This document shows, in pieces, positions 35,900-45,583 of a stretch of 64,000 nucleotides of DNA. The position numbers and the translations under genes were made by a program. The notes under the pieces are model-generated. The model made no database searches and was not told the origin of the DNA. It was given only the letters and a program-made list of their open reading frames with translations. Numbering within the stretch: the stretch's first letter is position 1; each line of letters opens with the position of its first letter. Source of the stretch: an uncultured Candidatus Micrarchaeota archaeon (lineage in GTDB: Archaea > Micrarchaeota > Micrarchaeia > Anstonellales > Bilamarchaeaceae); contig CAWBTT010000004.1 in NCBI GenBank assembly GCA_963791815.1, positions 66,215-130,214 on the forward strand, given 5' to 3'.

Positions 35900-36788
35900 A
35901 ATTATGAAAGTCACTGACATGAAAGGCCTGAGCAAGGAGGCATTGCTCCATTGCGGATTCCAGGCAACCAACCTAGGAAAGGCAATAGGAATAATTGAGA
36001 AAATGAAGAAGGAGAATGCTACGGTTTTCCTCACATTCACATCCAATATGGTGGCTTCCGGATTGAGGGGCATTATCAGCGAAATGTGCAGGAAGAAATT
36101 CATTGATGTGATAATCACGGCCGGCGGAAGCCTTGACCATGACTTGATAAGAAGCTCAAAGAGCTACGCAATTGGCGATTTTACTATGGATGATGCCCAG
36201 CTCCACAAGGAGGGGCTCAACAGAATAGGCAATATCATTGTGCCAAATGAATGCTATGAATACCTTGAAGGTTTCATGAAGAATGTTTTCACAGAGCTTT
36301 ACTCGCAAGAGAAGAGCGTTTCTCCTTCTGAGATTGCAGCCGCGATTGGAAAGAAAACAAAGAATGATTCATTCCTCTACTGGTGCAACAAGAACAAGAT
36401 TCCAGTGTTCTGCCCTGGGATAACAGATTCTGCAATCGGGCTGCAGGCACATTTCTTCAAGCAGCAGCACAAGGATTTCGCAATAGATGTTACCAAGGAC
36501 ATGGGAGCGCTCTCCCAAATATCTCTAAATGCCGAAAAAACTGGCGGGATAATTCTTGGAGGGGGAATCTCAAAGCATCACGCGATTGGAACCAATCTCC
36601 TAAGAGGAGGTTTCGACTATGCCGTTTATGTGACGACATCATCTCCATCAGATGGTTCTCTGAGCGGAGCAAGGACAAATGAGGGAATCTCATGGGGGAA
36701 AATCAGGGAGCAGGCAAAGCATGTTACTGTGGATTGTGACGCAACCATCGCGCTTCCTTTGATAGTCTCAGGATTCCCAGGTGAATGA
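35886..36788 (+). CDS. dys: Deoxyhypusine synthase
   Basis: TAGGSLDHDLIR and the catalytic-Lys block GISWGKI are present. 300 aa. Confidence 0.85.
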   Translation: MQRSEIMKVTDMKGLSKEALLHCGFQATNLGKAIGIIEKMKKENATVFLTFTSNMVASGLRGIISEMCRKKFIDVIITAGGSLDHDLIRSSKSYAIGDFTMDDAQLHKEGLNRIGNIIVPNECYEYLEGFMKNVFTELYSQEKSVSPSEIAAAIGKKTKNDSFLYWCNKNKIPVFCPGITDSAIGLQAHFFKQQHKDFAIDVTKDMGALSQISLNAEKTGGIILGGGISKHHAIGTNLLRGGFDYAVYVTTSSPSDGSLSGARTNEGISWGKIREQAKHVTVDCDATIALPLIVSGFPGE

Positions 36789-37287
36789 TTTGTTGTTTTA
36801 CGCTATTGCACTGATTTCAGGGGTTCTTGTTAAGGTCGTTGACTGGTTTGACGATGATTTGAAGAGCAAAAACCTGACCAAATACGGCTTTGCTCTGGCC
36901 TATGGTGTCCTAATCGGATACTTGATAGGGAATGCGAGCTTTTCTCTGATTTTCCTTGCGGCTGTAATGGCCCAGATATTCGCCCGCAAGATTGACACCC
37001 TTGCTCACAGGATAGGTTTTGTGAGCATAATCATAGTGGCAGTGTTCTACGCTGTGCCAAGCCTGGACATTTATCTTCTTGGATATTTCCTCATCCTGGC
37101 ATTCTTTGACGAGATTGATTATGTTGGAAAACTAAGGAAACTCAATAAGTATCGCCCTTTCCTGAAGCTCGGCGCTATCCCTCTTGCCCTTCTTGGGAGG
37201 CCGGACTACTTAATAGCCATTCTGGCCTTCGACGTAGGCTATGAGGGGTTCAACCTAATCCAATATAAAATAAAACAAAGAAAGTAA
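36781..37287 (+). CDS. Polytopic membrane protein, unknown function
   Basis: Five or so hydrophobic helices. It overlaps dys by 8 nt. Confidence 0.35.
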   Translation: MNDLLFYAIALISGVLVKVVDWFDDDLKSKNLTKYGFALAYGVLIGYLIGNASFSLIFLAAVMAQIFARKIDTLAHRIGFVSIIIVAVFYAVPSLDIYLLGYFLILAFFDEIDYVGKLRKLNKYRPFLKLGAIPLALLGRPDYLIAILAFDVGYEGFNLIQYKIKQRK

Positions 37288-37291
37288 CTCC

Positions 37292-38215
37292 ATGGATGAG
37301 CTTGAGTTCGCCCTCAAATTTCCTTTCACAAAAGAGGCAAGGGACCTTATTGCAGATATGCAGCTAAGTGATAGGATTATTGAGATGGGCGCCGAACGGG
37401 TGAAAAAGGCACTTCGCGGCGAGGGCGCAGGCAGAATGGTTATCAACGAATCCGAGATAAAGGAGGAGATAGCCTCTTTCGCTGCGGCCAGAATGGTTTG
37501 CGGCAGCCTTCGAAATCAGTTCATCACGAATCGTTTTGCAGTCAATGAGTCCAAGATGGTCAGAAACCATATTGATAAGGCAGATGATGCGACAATAGAA
37601 AAAGTTTCATCAAGGTTTGAGATTTCTGTAAAAGACGGGATGCTCGACATACCGACATATCTGAAATATAGCCCAAGGGACAAACATTACCGCCTGATTA
37701 ACAAGAAGATAATTGGCGGGAGGGTAGCAGTAAAACGTGCAGAAGAGATGAGGCTGATTGAAGAGGCTGTGAAGAAGCACATTGAAAAAATCCCCATTGT
37801 AAGCGATATTCCAGAGTCCATGAAAAAGGCCGGGACCAAGGTTCTTGATGAACTTCCAAAAACACAGACAAAGATAACTGTGAAGGAAGGAGACCATCCG
37901 CCATGCATCATGAGCCTTCTTGAAAATATCAAGAGACATGAGAACCTGCCCCATACTGCAAGATGGTACCTCGCAACTTATCTGCTTGCGATAAACATGA
38001 ATGACGATCAGATTACAGGGATATTTTCGGGGGTGCCTGACTTCAGCGAAAAGACCACCAGATACCAGGTCGCCCATGCAAGGAAAAAAGGGTACAGCGT
38101 ACCCTCATGCTCAACTGTGATGAGCTATGGGCTTTGCACAGCAGTTTGCAGGCTAGGAAGCCCGCTCAGATGGCACAGCATGAGCGAGATGAGGAAAAAG
38201 GAGGTGCGCAAATGA
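37292..38215 (+). CDS. priL: DNA primase large subunit PriL
   Basis: HPPCIMSLLENIKRHENLPHTARWYLATYLL, plus later Cys residues that fit an Fe-S domain. Confidence 0.8.
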   Translation: MDELEFALKFPFTKEARDLIADMQLSDRIIEMGAERVKKALRGEGAGRMVINESEIKEEIASFAAARMVCGSLRNQFITNRFAVNESKMVRNHIDKADDATIEKVSSRFEISVKDGMLDIPTYLKYSPRDKHYRLINKKIIGGRVAVKRAEEMRLIEEAVKKHIEKIPIVSDIPESMKKAGTKVLDELPKTQTKITVKEGDHPPCIMSLLENIKRHENLPHTARWYLATYLLAINMNDDQITGIFSGVPDFSEKTTRYQVAHARKKGYSVPSCSTVMSYGLCTAVCRLGSPLRWHSMSEMRKKEVRK

Positions 38216-39303
38216 GCGATGTCCAATCCATAAAGAAGATTTTCGCAGAATATTACCGCACCGCAGAGATTGTCATTCCTTCAATAGAAAAAAGAGAGTT
38301 TGGTTTTGGCAACCGGAAGAAAATAGACGCAAGACACCTGAATTTTGCCAACCTCTCAGAGTTCAGGAATTACCTTACAAGAAATACTCCATTGTTTGTT
38401 TCGCATTCAACTGCATATTACAAATACCCTGGAGCAACCCCGATACAGAAAAAGATTTGGAGCGGCGCTGACCTAGTGTTTGACCTTGATATCCATGCTG
38501 AAGGGAAGTTTGGGGCATACGCTCTTCTTGAAGATATGAAGCAGGACTTGACACGGCTGGTTGATGATTTCATTGTCAATGATTTCGGTGTTTCAAGGGA
38601 ACATATAGCAATTGTGTTCTCAGGGAACCGCGGTTACCATGTCCATGTCCGGGATCCCAAGTACATTCCTCTTGGCGGGGATGAGCGGAGAGAACTTGTT
38701 GATTACATAATGGGGCAGGGCCTTGATTATACTGATTTCTTTTACTCTGATGACCGGAAGAAACTCCATGGGCCTACCCCTGATGAAGGGGGGTATCGTG
38801 GAAGGTTTGCGCGCGGCGTAGTAAGGCTCCTTCATGAAAAACCTTCCGAGATATCAAGGAACTTTTCAAATGAAGAAAAACGAGATTTCTTCATCAGTGG
38901 GATTAACGAAGGCAACTGGAGCAAGACCTCCCTTGGACAGAAGGACTTTTTGAAAAGGTTTGAATCTGTTGCCAAGAAACTTCCGGTCGCCTCTGTGAAT
39001 ACAGATGTTGGAGTGACCCAGGATTTGAGCAAGCTTATCCGAGTTCCTAACAGCATCCACGGCGAAACCGGGCTTGTGGCCATGATTGTTGATGAGCTTG
39101 AAAAGTTTGACCCGTTCAGGGATGCTGCTCTCAAGGGCAATCCTTTGAAGGTAAAATTCATCGAGGATGTTCCGGAGCTTCCAGCAGTTGGAACTGGAGC
39201 GTTCAAAAAAGATGAAGAAAAAGAACTGCCGTTGAACCTGGCAGTTTTCTTTGTCCAGAAAGGAAGCGCTAGACTACAACAGCTTCCCCAGGGACCCTCC
39301 TGA
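38212..39303 (+). CDS. priS: DNA primase catalytic subunit PriS
   Basis: DLVFDLDIH (DxD) and FSGNRGYHVHV are present. The start overlaps the priL stop (ATGA). Confidence 0.85.
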   Translation: MSDVQSIKKIFAEYYRTAEIVIPSIEKREFGFGNRKKIDARHLNFANLSEFRNYLTRNTPLFVSHSTAYYKYPGATPIQKKIWSGADLVFDLDIHAEGKFGAYALLEDMKQDLTRLVDDFIVNDFGVSREHIAIVFSGNRGYHVHVRDPKYIPLGGDERRELVDYIMGQGLDYTDFFYSDDRKKLHGPTPDEGGYRGRFARGVVRLLHEKPSEISRNFSNEEKRDFFISGINEGNWSKTSLGQKDFLKRFESVAKKLPVASVNTDVGVTQDLSKLIRVPNSIHGETGLVAMIVDELEKFDPFRDAALKGNPLKVKFIEDVPELPAVGTGAFKKDEEKELPLNLAVFFVQKGSARLQQLPQGPS

Positions 39304-40180
39304 ATAGCTGGACATCGCCAACATGCTTTGCCCCTGAGAGGAACCTTACCAGACGTTCTACGCCGAATCCCCCACCCGCTGATGGAACAAGGCCTGTTTT
39401 GGCAAGTTTCAGGTATGGCTCGTATCTTGAGGTTCCGATGCCATCCCTTTCTATCCTCTTCAAAATGGAATCATATTCATACTCGCGCTCAGCGCCTGAC
39501 AAACCTTCGCAGTACCCTTCTGGATAGACCAAATCATAGTTAAGGTATGTCCCGGGTGCTGATGGGTCCTCACGGTCATAGAATTCCCTCTTGTGCGAGA
39601 GCGCCCAAAATGGCTGGTCGCTTTTGCTTGAGAGTTCGGATTCCCAGTCAGGACCATATTCCTCTGCCAGTTCCATTGTAGTGTGCCTTGGGAAGGGCCC
39701 CTTGACAAGCGGAAGTTTTCGCCCCAATGATTTTAGCAGCGGCGAGTGCCTATCCTTCATATGCAGGATAAGGCCGGAAAGATAATCCTCCATAAGTGAG
39801 AAGACATCCCCCATCTTGCCATGGGCGATTTCGAAATCAACCTGAGAGAACTCGAAGAGATGCTTTCCGCTTTCAGCCCTCTGGGGGTGCTCGAGCCGGA
39901 CGTTTGGAGATACTATGAATATCTTCTCAAGCCCTTTTTTCAGGGCAATCTGCTTGTGAAGTATCATGGACTGGGTCAGTGAGAGTTTCTGGTCCAGATA
40001 CTCGATTTCACCAGTTTTGATTACCGTGCTTCCAGGGTCAGGCCCAAGAGGGTCAGTCACTGGTGAGAGCATAACCGGCATAAGCTGGGTGTAGCCCCTT
40101 GCATGGAAAAACTCAGTGGTGTAACGTAGCACGCCTGATGTCAATTCAATATATTCCAATTTATCGCACATACAAATCAC
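39269..40180 (-). CDS. AsnRS/AspRS-like class II catalytic core without an anticodon-binding domain (archaeal AsnA-type asparagine synthetase candidate)
   Basis: Motif-2-like VRLEHPQRAESGKHLFEFSQVDFEIA and motif-3-like GGGFGVERLV are present. At 303 aa there is no OB-fold N-domain. Confidence 0.6.
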   Translation of the reverse strand: MICMCDKLEYIELTSGVLRYTTEFFHARGYTQLMPVMLSPVTDPLGPDPGSTVIKTGEIEYLDQKLSLTQSMILHKQIALKKGLEKIFIVSPNVRLEHPQRAESGKHLFEFSQVDFEIAHGKMGDVFSLMEDYLSGLILHMKDRHSPLLKSLGRKLPLVKGPFPRHTTMELAEEYGPDWESELSSKSDQPFWALSHKREFYDREDPSAPGTYLNYDLVYPEGYCEGLSGAEREYEYDSILKRIERDGIGTSRYEPYLKLAKTGLVPSAGGGFGVERLVRFLSGAKHVGDVQLFRRVPGEAVVV

Positions 40181-40286
40181 TTATATCCAAGGGGCGCTTT
40201 TGAGTATATATATTTTTTCCATAATTTATTGAATAATTTGCAAAAAACCATAACAAATAAAAACAATTCTTGGAAAATATCCAATT

Positions 40287-40739
40287 ATGACAAAGATGCT
40301 CGACGATATAGATTTGGAGATTCTCAGGATACTTGAAGGAAATGCAAAGGCGAGGATGCATACGATAGCCAAAAAACTGAATGTCCCGCAGTCTACTGTC
40401 CACCACAGGATAAAGAGGATGGAAAAGGAAGGAATCATCTCAAAATGGACCATTCTGAAGGACTATGAAAAGATGGGCCTCGGAGTCAAGGCGTATATAC
40501 TGATTTTTGTGAACGTGACCACGCTCAAGCAGATGAAAAAGAGCCAGAAGGATGTAGCTAAACGGATAAGGAAATTCGAGAATATTGAGGCGGTTGACAT
40601 AATGGCTGGGGAAGCTGACCTCCTTGTCACTGCGAGATGTTCTGATTTGAAGAGCCTCCAGGATGTGCTTCTGGACCAGATACAGTCGGTAGAAGGCATA
40701 ACCAAGACTAAGACGATGATAGTAATTTCAGAAAATTAA
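40287..40739 (+). CDS. Lrp/AsnC-family transcriptional regulator
   Basis: The HTH is DDIDLEILRILEGNAKARMHTIAKKLNVPQSTVHHRIKRMEKEGII. The C-terminal half is an RAM/ACT-like domain. Confidence 0.8.
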   Translation: MTKMLDDIDLEILRILEGNAKARMHTIAKKLNVPQSTVHHRIKRMEKEGIISKWTILKDYEKMGLGVKAYILIFVNVTTLKQMKKSQKDVAKRIRKFENIEAVDIMAGEADLLVTARCSDLKSLQDVLLDQIQSVEGITKTKTMIVISEN

Positions 40740-40766
40740 GAGAGAAAGAAAATTAAGAAAAGAAAA

Positions 40767-41159
40767 TTAAGAGCTTTCGCCCTTGGAAAGCTGAATCTTC
40801 GGCGGAATAAGAGGTGCTGTCAATCCGAGGACACGAGCAAGAAGAGTTCCGTTTGCGCTTCCACTGTAGTTTACTGCGCTGAGAACAACGGTTGCGTAAT
40901 CGTCTGGAATCTTCTTCTCTTTCTTCCACTTATCAACGATTTCCTTTGCGAGTTTGTCTTCTTCTTTTGCAATCAGAAGACCCTTAATCTTAATCTGACC
41001 GACTGCTTCTTTGTAGTCGGCAATATAAGTGTAAGCTATCTCGATGTTATCCTTTGCCTTTTCAACGCCGTCAAGCTGTATGTTGATGTTAAGACCTTTG
41101 ATGGCCTCTTTGGGCACCCTGTTTCCACTGACTTCCAAAATTCTTTCTCCTACAATCAT
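40767..41159 (-). CDS. Hypothetical protein
   Basis: Intact 130-aa ORF with coding-like composition. I recognise no motif. Confidence 0.3.
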   Translation of the reverse strand: MIVGERILEVSGNRVPKEAIKGLNINIQLDGVEKAKDNIEIAYTYIADYKEAVGQIKIKGLLIAKEEDKLAKEIVDKWKKEKKIPDDYATVVLSAVNYSGSANGTLLARVLGLTAPLIPPKIQLSKGESS

Positions 41160-41226
41160 CAGATTACCTCCTTAAAGTAGTGACTTTTACTCTGTAACGG
41201 AATATATTAAAAGCTAACCAAGTCCC

Positions 41227-42450
41227 ATGTTGGTTAAAAAGATTTCTCAGCAAGTTATCGGTATGGCTTCTTTTGATCAAATCCTTTCACAGAAATCCAT
41301 CTTCCGCAATACTTCTGTTTTATCACCCCATTACGTGCCAAAAGTACTCCCGTTCCGGGAAAGCCATTTGAATGAAGTAATGACAGTCATTTCGCCTGCA
41401 TTAAAGAGGCAAAAACCAAGGAACCTGATTATCTATGGAAAGACTGGTACGGGCAAGACCTGCACTGTGAAAAGAGTGATGGAGGATTTCATTGAGGCGG
41501 GCAAGGATAAGAAGGCCAGCATGCACTATGTCAACTGCAGGATATACAACTCAAGATACCGGATTTTCCAGAAGATACTGAAGGGATATATTCCTGAACT
41601 GGAAAAGGCAGGGTTTGGACTGCCCTTCCTCTATGAGAAACTTGTGGAATCTGCATCCACTGGAGAGCAGATTCTGATAGTATTGGATGAAATCGACATG
41701 GTCAAAGACCTTGATGAACTGGTTTACACATTGACACGCTCAAATGATGAAGTCACAGATGGCGGAGTGACCATCATAGGCATTTCGAACAAATTATCAT
41801 TCAAAGATTCCCTTGACCCAAGGAGCAGAAGCAGCCTCTATGAGACTGAGATGATTTTCCAGCCATACTCTGCCGAGCAGCTCCAGAAGATTCTTGACCA
41901 GAGGGTAAAGGAGGGTTTTGAAAATAATGTAGTCTCATCATCCGCAGTGAATCTGGCCGCTGCAATCACATCCCAGGAAAGCGGGGATGCGAGATACGCT
42001 CTCAAACTGCTTAACAAGGCAGGGGAACTTGCCCAGCAGGCCAAACGCGATAAAGTGACTGATGATGATGTTGAGGATGCGAGGAAGAGAGTCGAGGTTG
42101 ATTTGACAATTGAGACGATTAATACTTTACCTCAAATGCACCAGATTGTGCTTTATGCTATTGGCTCATTGTCCCTCTCAGGAAGCAGATATTCAAGGCT
42201 GGAAGGTGTTGACAACAACTTCCTATTCTCAGGGGAAGTGTATGAAGAGTATGAGCGTGTTTGCAAGAAACTTAGGAAAAGGCCGAGGAGTTCGCGCTGG
42301 TACAAGGAATATTTGAACGACCTTGAAGTCCTTGGAATGATTACGACAACGCCGAGCGGGAAGGGAGTTCGTGGCCAGACAACTTTGATTAGGCTGGGCC
42401 CGACCCCTCAGACGATTCTGCCAATACTCAAGCCAGCCCTTTTTGACTAA
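41227..42450 (+). CDS. cdc6: Orc1/Cdc6 replication initiator
   Basis: Walker A IIYGKTGTGKT, Walker B ILIVLDEID and a C-terminal winged helix are present. The true start may be ATG 41263. Confidence 0.85.
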   Translation: MLVKKISQQVIGMASFDQILSQKSIFRNTSVLSPHYVPKVLPFRESHLNEVMTVISPALKRQKPRNLIIYGKTGTGKTCTVKRVMEDFIEAGKDKKASMHYVNCRIYNSRYRIFQKILKGYIPELEKAGFGLPFLYEKLVESASTGEQILIVLDEIDMVKDLDELVYTLTRSNDEVTDGGVTIIGISNKLSFKDSLDPRSRSSLYETEMIFQPYSAEQLQKILDQRVKEGFENNVVSSSAVNLAAAITSQESGDARYALKLLNKAGELAQQAKRDKVTDDDVEDARKRVEVDLTIETINTLPQMHQIVLYAIGSLSLSGSRYSRLEGVDNNFLFSGEVYEEYERVCKKLRKRPRSSRWYKEYLNDLEVLGMITTTPSGKGVRGQTTLIRLGPTPQTILPILKPALFD

Positions 42451-42704
42451 ATCTCTTTTTTCAGAAGTTGAATCTTTTTCTTTGTCCCAAATGCGAAACC
42501 GCCGGCAGTGCCATCACTCCGGATTATCCTGTGGCAGGGCGTTTTGCCACCGTTGTATTCTGGGGATGGGTTCCTGTTGAGCGCGTTGCCAACTGCCCGG
42601 ACAGCATTTGGATTGCCTATTGCCCAGGCTAATTCGTAATAGGTAACAACACTGCCCTTTGGAACCGAGCGGCATGCGAAATAAACATCATCAGTAAATC
42701 CCAT
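42447..42704 (-). CDS. ogt: Methylated-DNA-protein-cysteine methyltransferase, C-terminal domain only
   Basis: Active-site PCHRIIRSDG. At 85 aa there is no N-terminal domain. Confidence 0.7.
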   Translation of the reverse strand: MGFTDDVYFACRSVPKGSVVTYYELAWAIGNPNAVRAVGNALNRNPSPEYNGGKTPCHRIIRSDGTAGGFAFGTKKKIQLLKKEI

Positions 42705-42732
42705 TAGTAAGAAATTAGCCGGGAAAAAGATT

Positions 42733-43041
42733 TTAGGCGCTCCTGATTCTTAGGAATCCATAGAATGCTGAGAACATGAAGAATCCGACGAATGAAGCTA
42801 GGGTAAGAGATTTCATCTCAACTGAACCGACTGATATTATGAACAGGAAAAAGCTGATTATTGCAAGCTTTGAGAAAATCGATTGCAAACTCATCTCGTT
42901 TTCAAAGATATCATGAGGGCTCGAATCCTCGCGCTTCATCCTCTTGTAAAGCTCAGCAGAAATGTTTGTCTTTGGCTTCTGGCTGAAGCTGAAACCTGGA
43001 GTTATAGTAGTTTCAGAGGATTCTTGGTCTTGTGGATACAT
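42733..43041 (-). CDS. Small membrane protein
   Basis: Two C-terminal hydrophobic helices. Confidence 0.3.
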   Translation of the reverse strand: MYPQDQESSETTITPGFSFSQKPKTNISAELYKRMKREDSSPHDIFENEMSLQSIFSKLAIISFFLFIISVGSVEMKSLTLASFVGFFMFSAFYGFLRIRSA

Positions 43042-43126
43042 GTAGAACTAATTGTGAATAATAATGTTTAAAAATGTTTATTAGTGGATGGAAGTGGAAT
43101 GGTTTGGTTTTTCTTAGTAAATAAAT

Positions 43127-43210
43127 CGCTGAGGGGGAGATTTGAACTCCCGCGTGCTTTCGCACACAAGGTTAGCAACCTTGCGCCCTACCTAGCTAGG
43201 CGACCTCAGC
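43127..43210 (-). tRNA. tRNA-Ser(GCU), intron-less
   Basis: Minus-strand read: GCTGAGG..GCCTAGCTAGGTAGGGC GCAAGG TTGCTAA CCTTGT, then the long variable arm GTGCGAAAGCACGC, then GGGAG TTCAAAT CTCCC CCTCAGC G. Confidence 0.9.
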
Positions 43211-43256
43211 AGAGAAGTTGAGCGCCACTTATTCTAGTGTGTAATTTTCAAAAAGG

Positions 43257-43290
43257 TTCCTGAGAGGTCTCAGGAAGTTTGATGAAACTT
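43257..43290 (-). terminator. Two adjacent hairpins downstream of the aIF2-gamma gene
   Basis: ttcctgaga-gg-tctcaggaa is a perfect 9-bp inverted repeat. It is followed by aagttt-gatg-aaactt. Their function is not established. Confidence 0.25.
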
Positions 43291-43320
43291 TATCCTGGTT
43301 TTGCAGAAGGAAAGTTTCAA

Positions 43321-44493
43321 CTATGCAATTTCTCCCCAGGCAGCAAGCTTCCACCTCTGCCCAACCTTCTTGGATAGCGCAACATGCATCTCTGGATAAA
43401 CCACACCAGGCTTCTTGAGCTTGATTGTTGCATTGCCCTTTGCCAGCTTTGTGATTACTCCGACATTGGTTGATGTGTGGACGTTGACCACCACGAGTTC
43501 ATTCTCATTGAGCGGTATCTTCTGCCCACCTGCTCTTTCAAGAAGGTGATACTTTACCTTGATAGTGTCGACTGGTCCTGGAACCTCTCCGGGCTTTCCT
43601 ATGATTGCGCCTACGAGGTAGTCAGACTTTGCCAGGGCAGGATCAATTTCAGTTCCAATCGCGACCAGGCCGCCTGACTTTGCGCTTTTCAGTTCATCCT
43701 CTTCCTCCCGGAGCGAGGTGACTTTGGTCTTGATTGGCTCTGGTTTTGAGCCCTGTTTGCGGGCTATCCCAGGATTTATCTCAATCTCATCGCCGGTTTT
43801 CAGAACTCCCTTGACAATTGAGCCTCCGATAACACCGCCCTTGAGCTTTGCTATTGGAGTGCCTGGTTTGTTGATATCAAACGAACGTGAAACATACATG
43901 CGCATTTTTGACTTCTCATCAAGTTCAGGAGGCTTCATTACCTCGTTGATTGTCTTGAGAAGGACATCAATGTTCAGGTTGTTATTTGCAGCTACTGGAA
44001 CAATTGGAGCATTCTCCGCAACAGTCCCTTTGAGGAATTCCTTGATTTTCTTGTAGTTCTCGATAGCCTCTTCTTTTGTAACCAGGTCAATCTTCGTCTG
44101 GACTACAATGATGTTTTTGATTCCAGTAGAATTGAGAACAAGAAGATGCTCTGCAGTCTGCGGCTGCGGGCATTCCTCATTTGCCGCGATAAGGAACATT
44201 ACACCGTCGAGAATGCTAGTCGCTGAGATGACAGTAGTCATCAATGTCTCGTGCCCAGGAGCATCGACAAGGGAAATCTTCCGAAGGAGCTTTCCTTCTT
44301 TGGGGTTGACTGAGTACCTGTCCTTTGCCTTATCATAATAGATATGGGCATCGGCGTATCCAAGACGGATTGAGATTCCCCTTTTGAGCTCCTCGCTGTG
44401 AGTATCGGTCCACTTGCCTGTTAAGGCCTGGGTCAGCGTGGTCTTGCCGTGGTCGACATGGCCAAGCATCCCGATATTCATATCAGCTTGCAT
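43321..44493 (-). CDS. eif2g: Translation initiation factor aIF2 gamma subunit
   Basis: GHVDHGKTTL, VDAPGHE and QTKIDL are present. The start is chosen to limit overlap with rps6e. Confidence 0.9.
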   Translation of the reverse strand: MQADMNIGMLGHVDHGKTTLTQALTGKWTDTHSEELKRGISIRLGYADAHIYYDKAKDRYSVNPKEGKLLRKISLVDAPGHETLMTTVISATSILDGVMFLIAANEECPQPQTAEHLLVLNSTGIKNIIVVQTKIDLVTKEEAIENYKKIKEFLKGTVAENAPIVPVAANNNLNIDVLLKTINEVMKPPELDEKSKMRMYVSRSFDINKPGTPIAKLKGGVIGGSIVKGVLKTGDEIEINPGIARKQGSKPEPIKTKVTSLREEEDELKSAKSGGLVAIGTEIDPALAKSDYLVGAIIGKPGEVPGPVDTIKVKYHLLERAGGQKIPLNENELVVVNVHTSTNVGVITKLAKGNATIKLKKPGVVYPEMHVALSKKVGQRWKLAAWGEIA

Positions 44494-44881
44494 CCTTCTT
44501 TTCCTCTTCTTTCTTTCCAAAGAGCTCTTCCAATGGGGATGCTCCGGCTTTCAGTACTTTTGCGTTCACCTGTACGATGTCTGCTGAGAAAGTGTTCCCT
44601 CGAACATAGACTCTCTTGCGTTCTCCCTTTTCCTTGGCGTGGAATCCTATTCCATCAGTCGATAGAATCTGTTTCTTGACTGCGCCGTAAACGTCGTTCC
44701 TCATTGGGAATCCGCTGCCGTCACTTCCGCCCGTAAGCGTAAGGGTGTAGCCTGCAGCACCGATTAGGTTGCCATCAAGCTCTTCTCCGATTTTCTTTCC
44801 GACTATCATAGCTTCTTTTTCCTTAGCAATTTCGCTTTGGTAACTCTTTCCGTTAGTTGGGTCTGAGATTACGATTCGCAT
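44483..44881 (-). CDS. rps6e: Ribosomal protein eS6
   Basis: MRIVISDPTNGKSYQ...GGSDGSGFPMR fits S6e. Confidence 0.85.
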   Translation of the reverse strand: MRIVISDPTNGKSYQSEIAKEKEAMIVGKKIGEELDGNLIGAAGYTLTLTGGSDGSGFPMRNDVYGAVKKQILSTDGIGFHAKEKGERKRVYVRGNTFSADIVQVNAKVLKAGASPLEELFGKKEEEKKDAS

Positions 44882-44953
44882 TGGTTCACCTCATAAGTAG
44901 ATGGTAGAAAAAATAAGTATGGGTTTATTTAAAAAAGAATAGGAAAAAGGAAA

Positions 44954-45169
44954 TTAGGAGTTCTTGAGCTTTGCCTTGTAGACATAGCCGTCCTTTCCAA
45001 GGTAATACATCCATCCGGACTCCTTAGAAATTTTCTCTGCGCCTACTTTTTTCTTGCGTCCCCTTTTGTTGTGTTTCATTGGGGCTGCCCAGACATATCC
45101 GTCCTTTCCTACATAGTACAAGTATCCGTCCTCTCTCTGAACTTTTTCAGATCCAACTTTCTTTCCCAT
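44954..45169 (-). CDS. Small basic protein with an internal duplication
   Basis: There are two copies of KKVG.EK...E.G(Y/W).YY.GKDGYV. The protein is 71 aa. Confidence 0.4.
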   Translation of the reverse strand: MGKKVGSEKVQREDGYLYYVGKDGYVWAAPMKHNKRGRKKKVGAEKISKESGWMYYLGKDGYVYKAKLKNS

Positions 45170-45316
45170 TTACGTCACCTTTTAATCCCGTTAGGGGTAT
45201 CTGCCCCGACGATAAATAATCGAGACAACCCCTATATCCAGTCGACATTTTTAAATCTATCTTCGGAAAAACGTCGGTAAATATAAATAAAAACAGGTTC
45301 AGCGGTATAATCTACC

Positions 45317-45583
45317 ATGTTCTCGTTGTTTGGCAGGCCAAAACCGTGCAGGATTATTACGACCCTCAGGGACACTGAAAGCACCTGGCACCTCTCAAAA
45401 ATAGCCAAAACAAGCGATACTACCTATGTATATGTCACTAAGCTGATTTCAAGAATGCAGGAAATGGGCCTTGTGAATATAGAGGTAAAAGGAAAGAAAA
45501 GATTAGTCCGGCTCACAGAAAAGGGGATTGGAATAGCCAATCTTGTTCAGGAGCTTCGGAGCAAGCTAGACAGCCCTGAGTGA
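45317..45583 (+). CDS. Small winged-helix DNA-binding protein
   Basis: WHLSKIAKTSDTTYVYVTKLISRMQEMGLVNIEVKGKKRLVRLTEKG has a wHTH layout. Confidence 0.5.
   Translation: MFSLFGRPKPCRIITTLRDTESTWHLSKIAKTSDTTYVYVTKLISRMQEMGLVNIEVKGKKRLVRLTEKGIGIANLVQELRSKLDSPE

Noticed and set aside
41112-41124. GTTTCCACTGA (reverse TCAGTGGAAAC), resembling an origin-recognition-box core near the orc1/cdc6 gene
   Set aside because: It is a single copy inside the coding region of the 130-aa gene. There are no flanking repeats or AT-rich unwinding region, and the intergenic space upstream of cdc6 is only ~70-100 nt. I do not call an origin.
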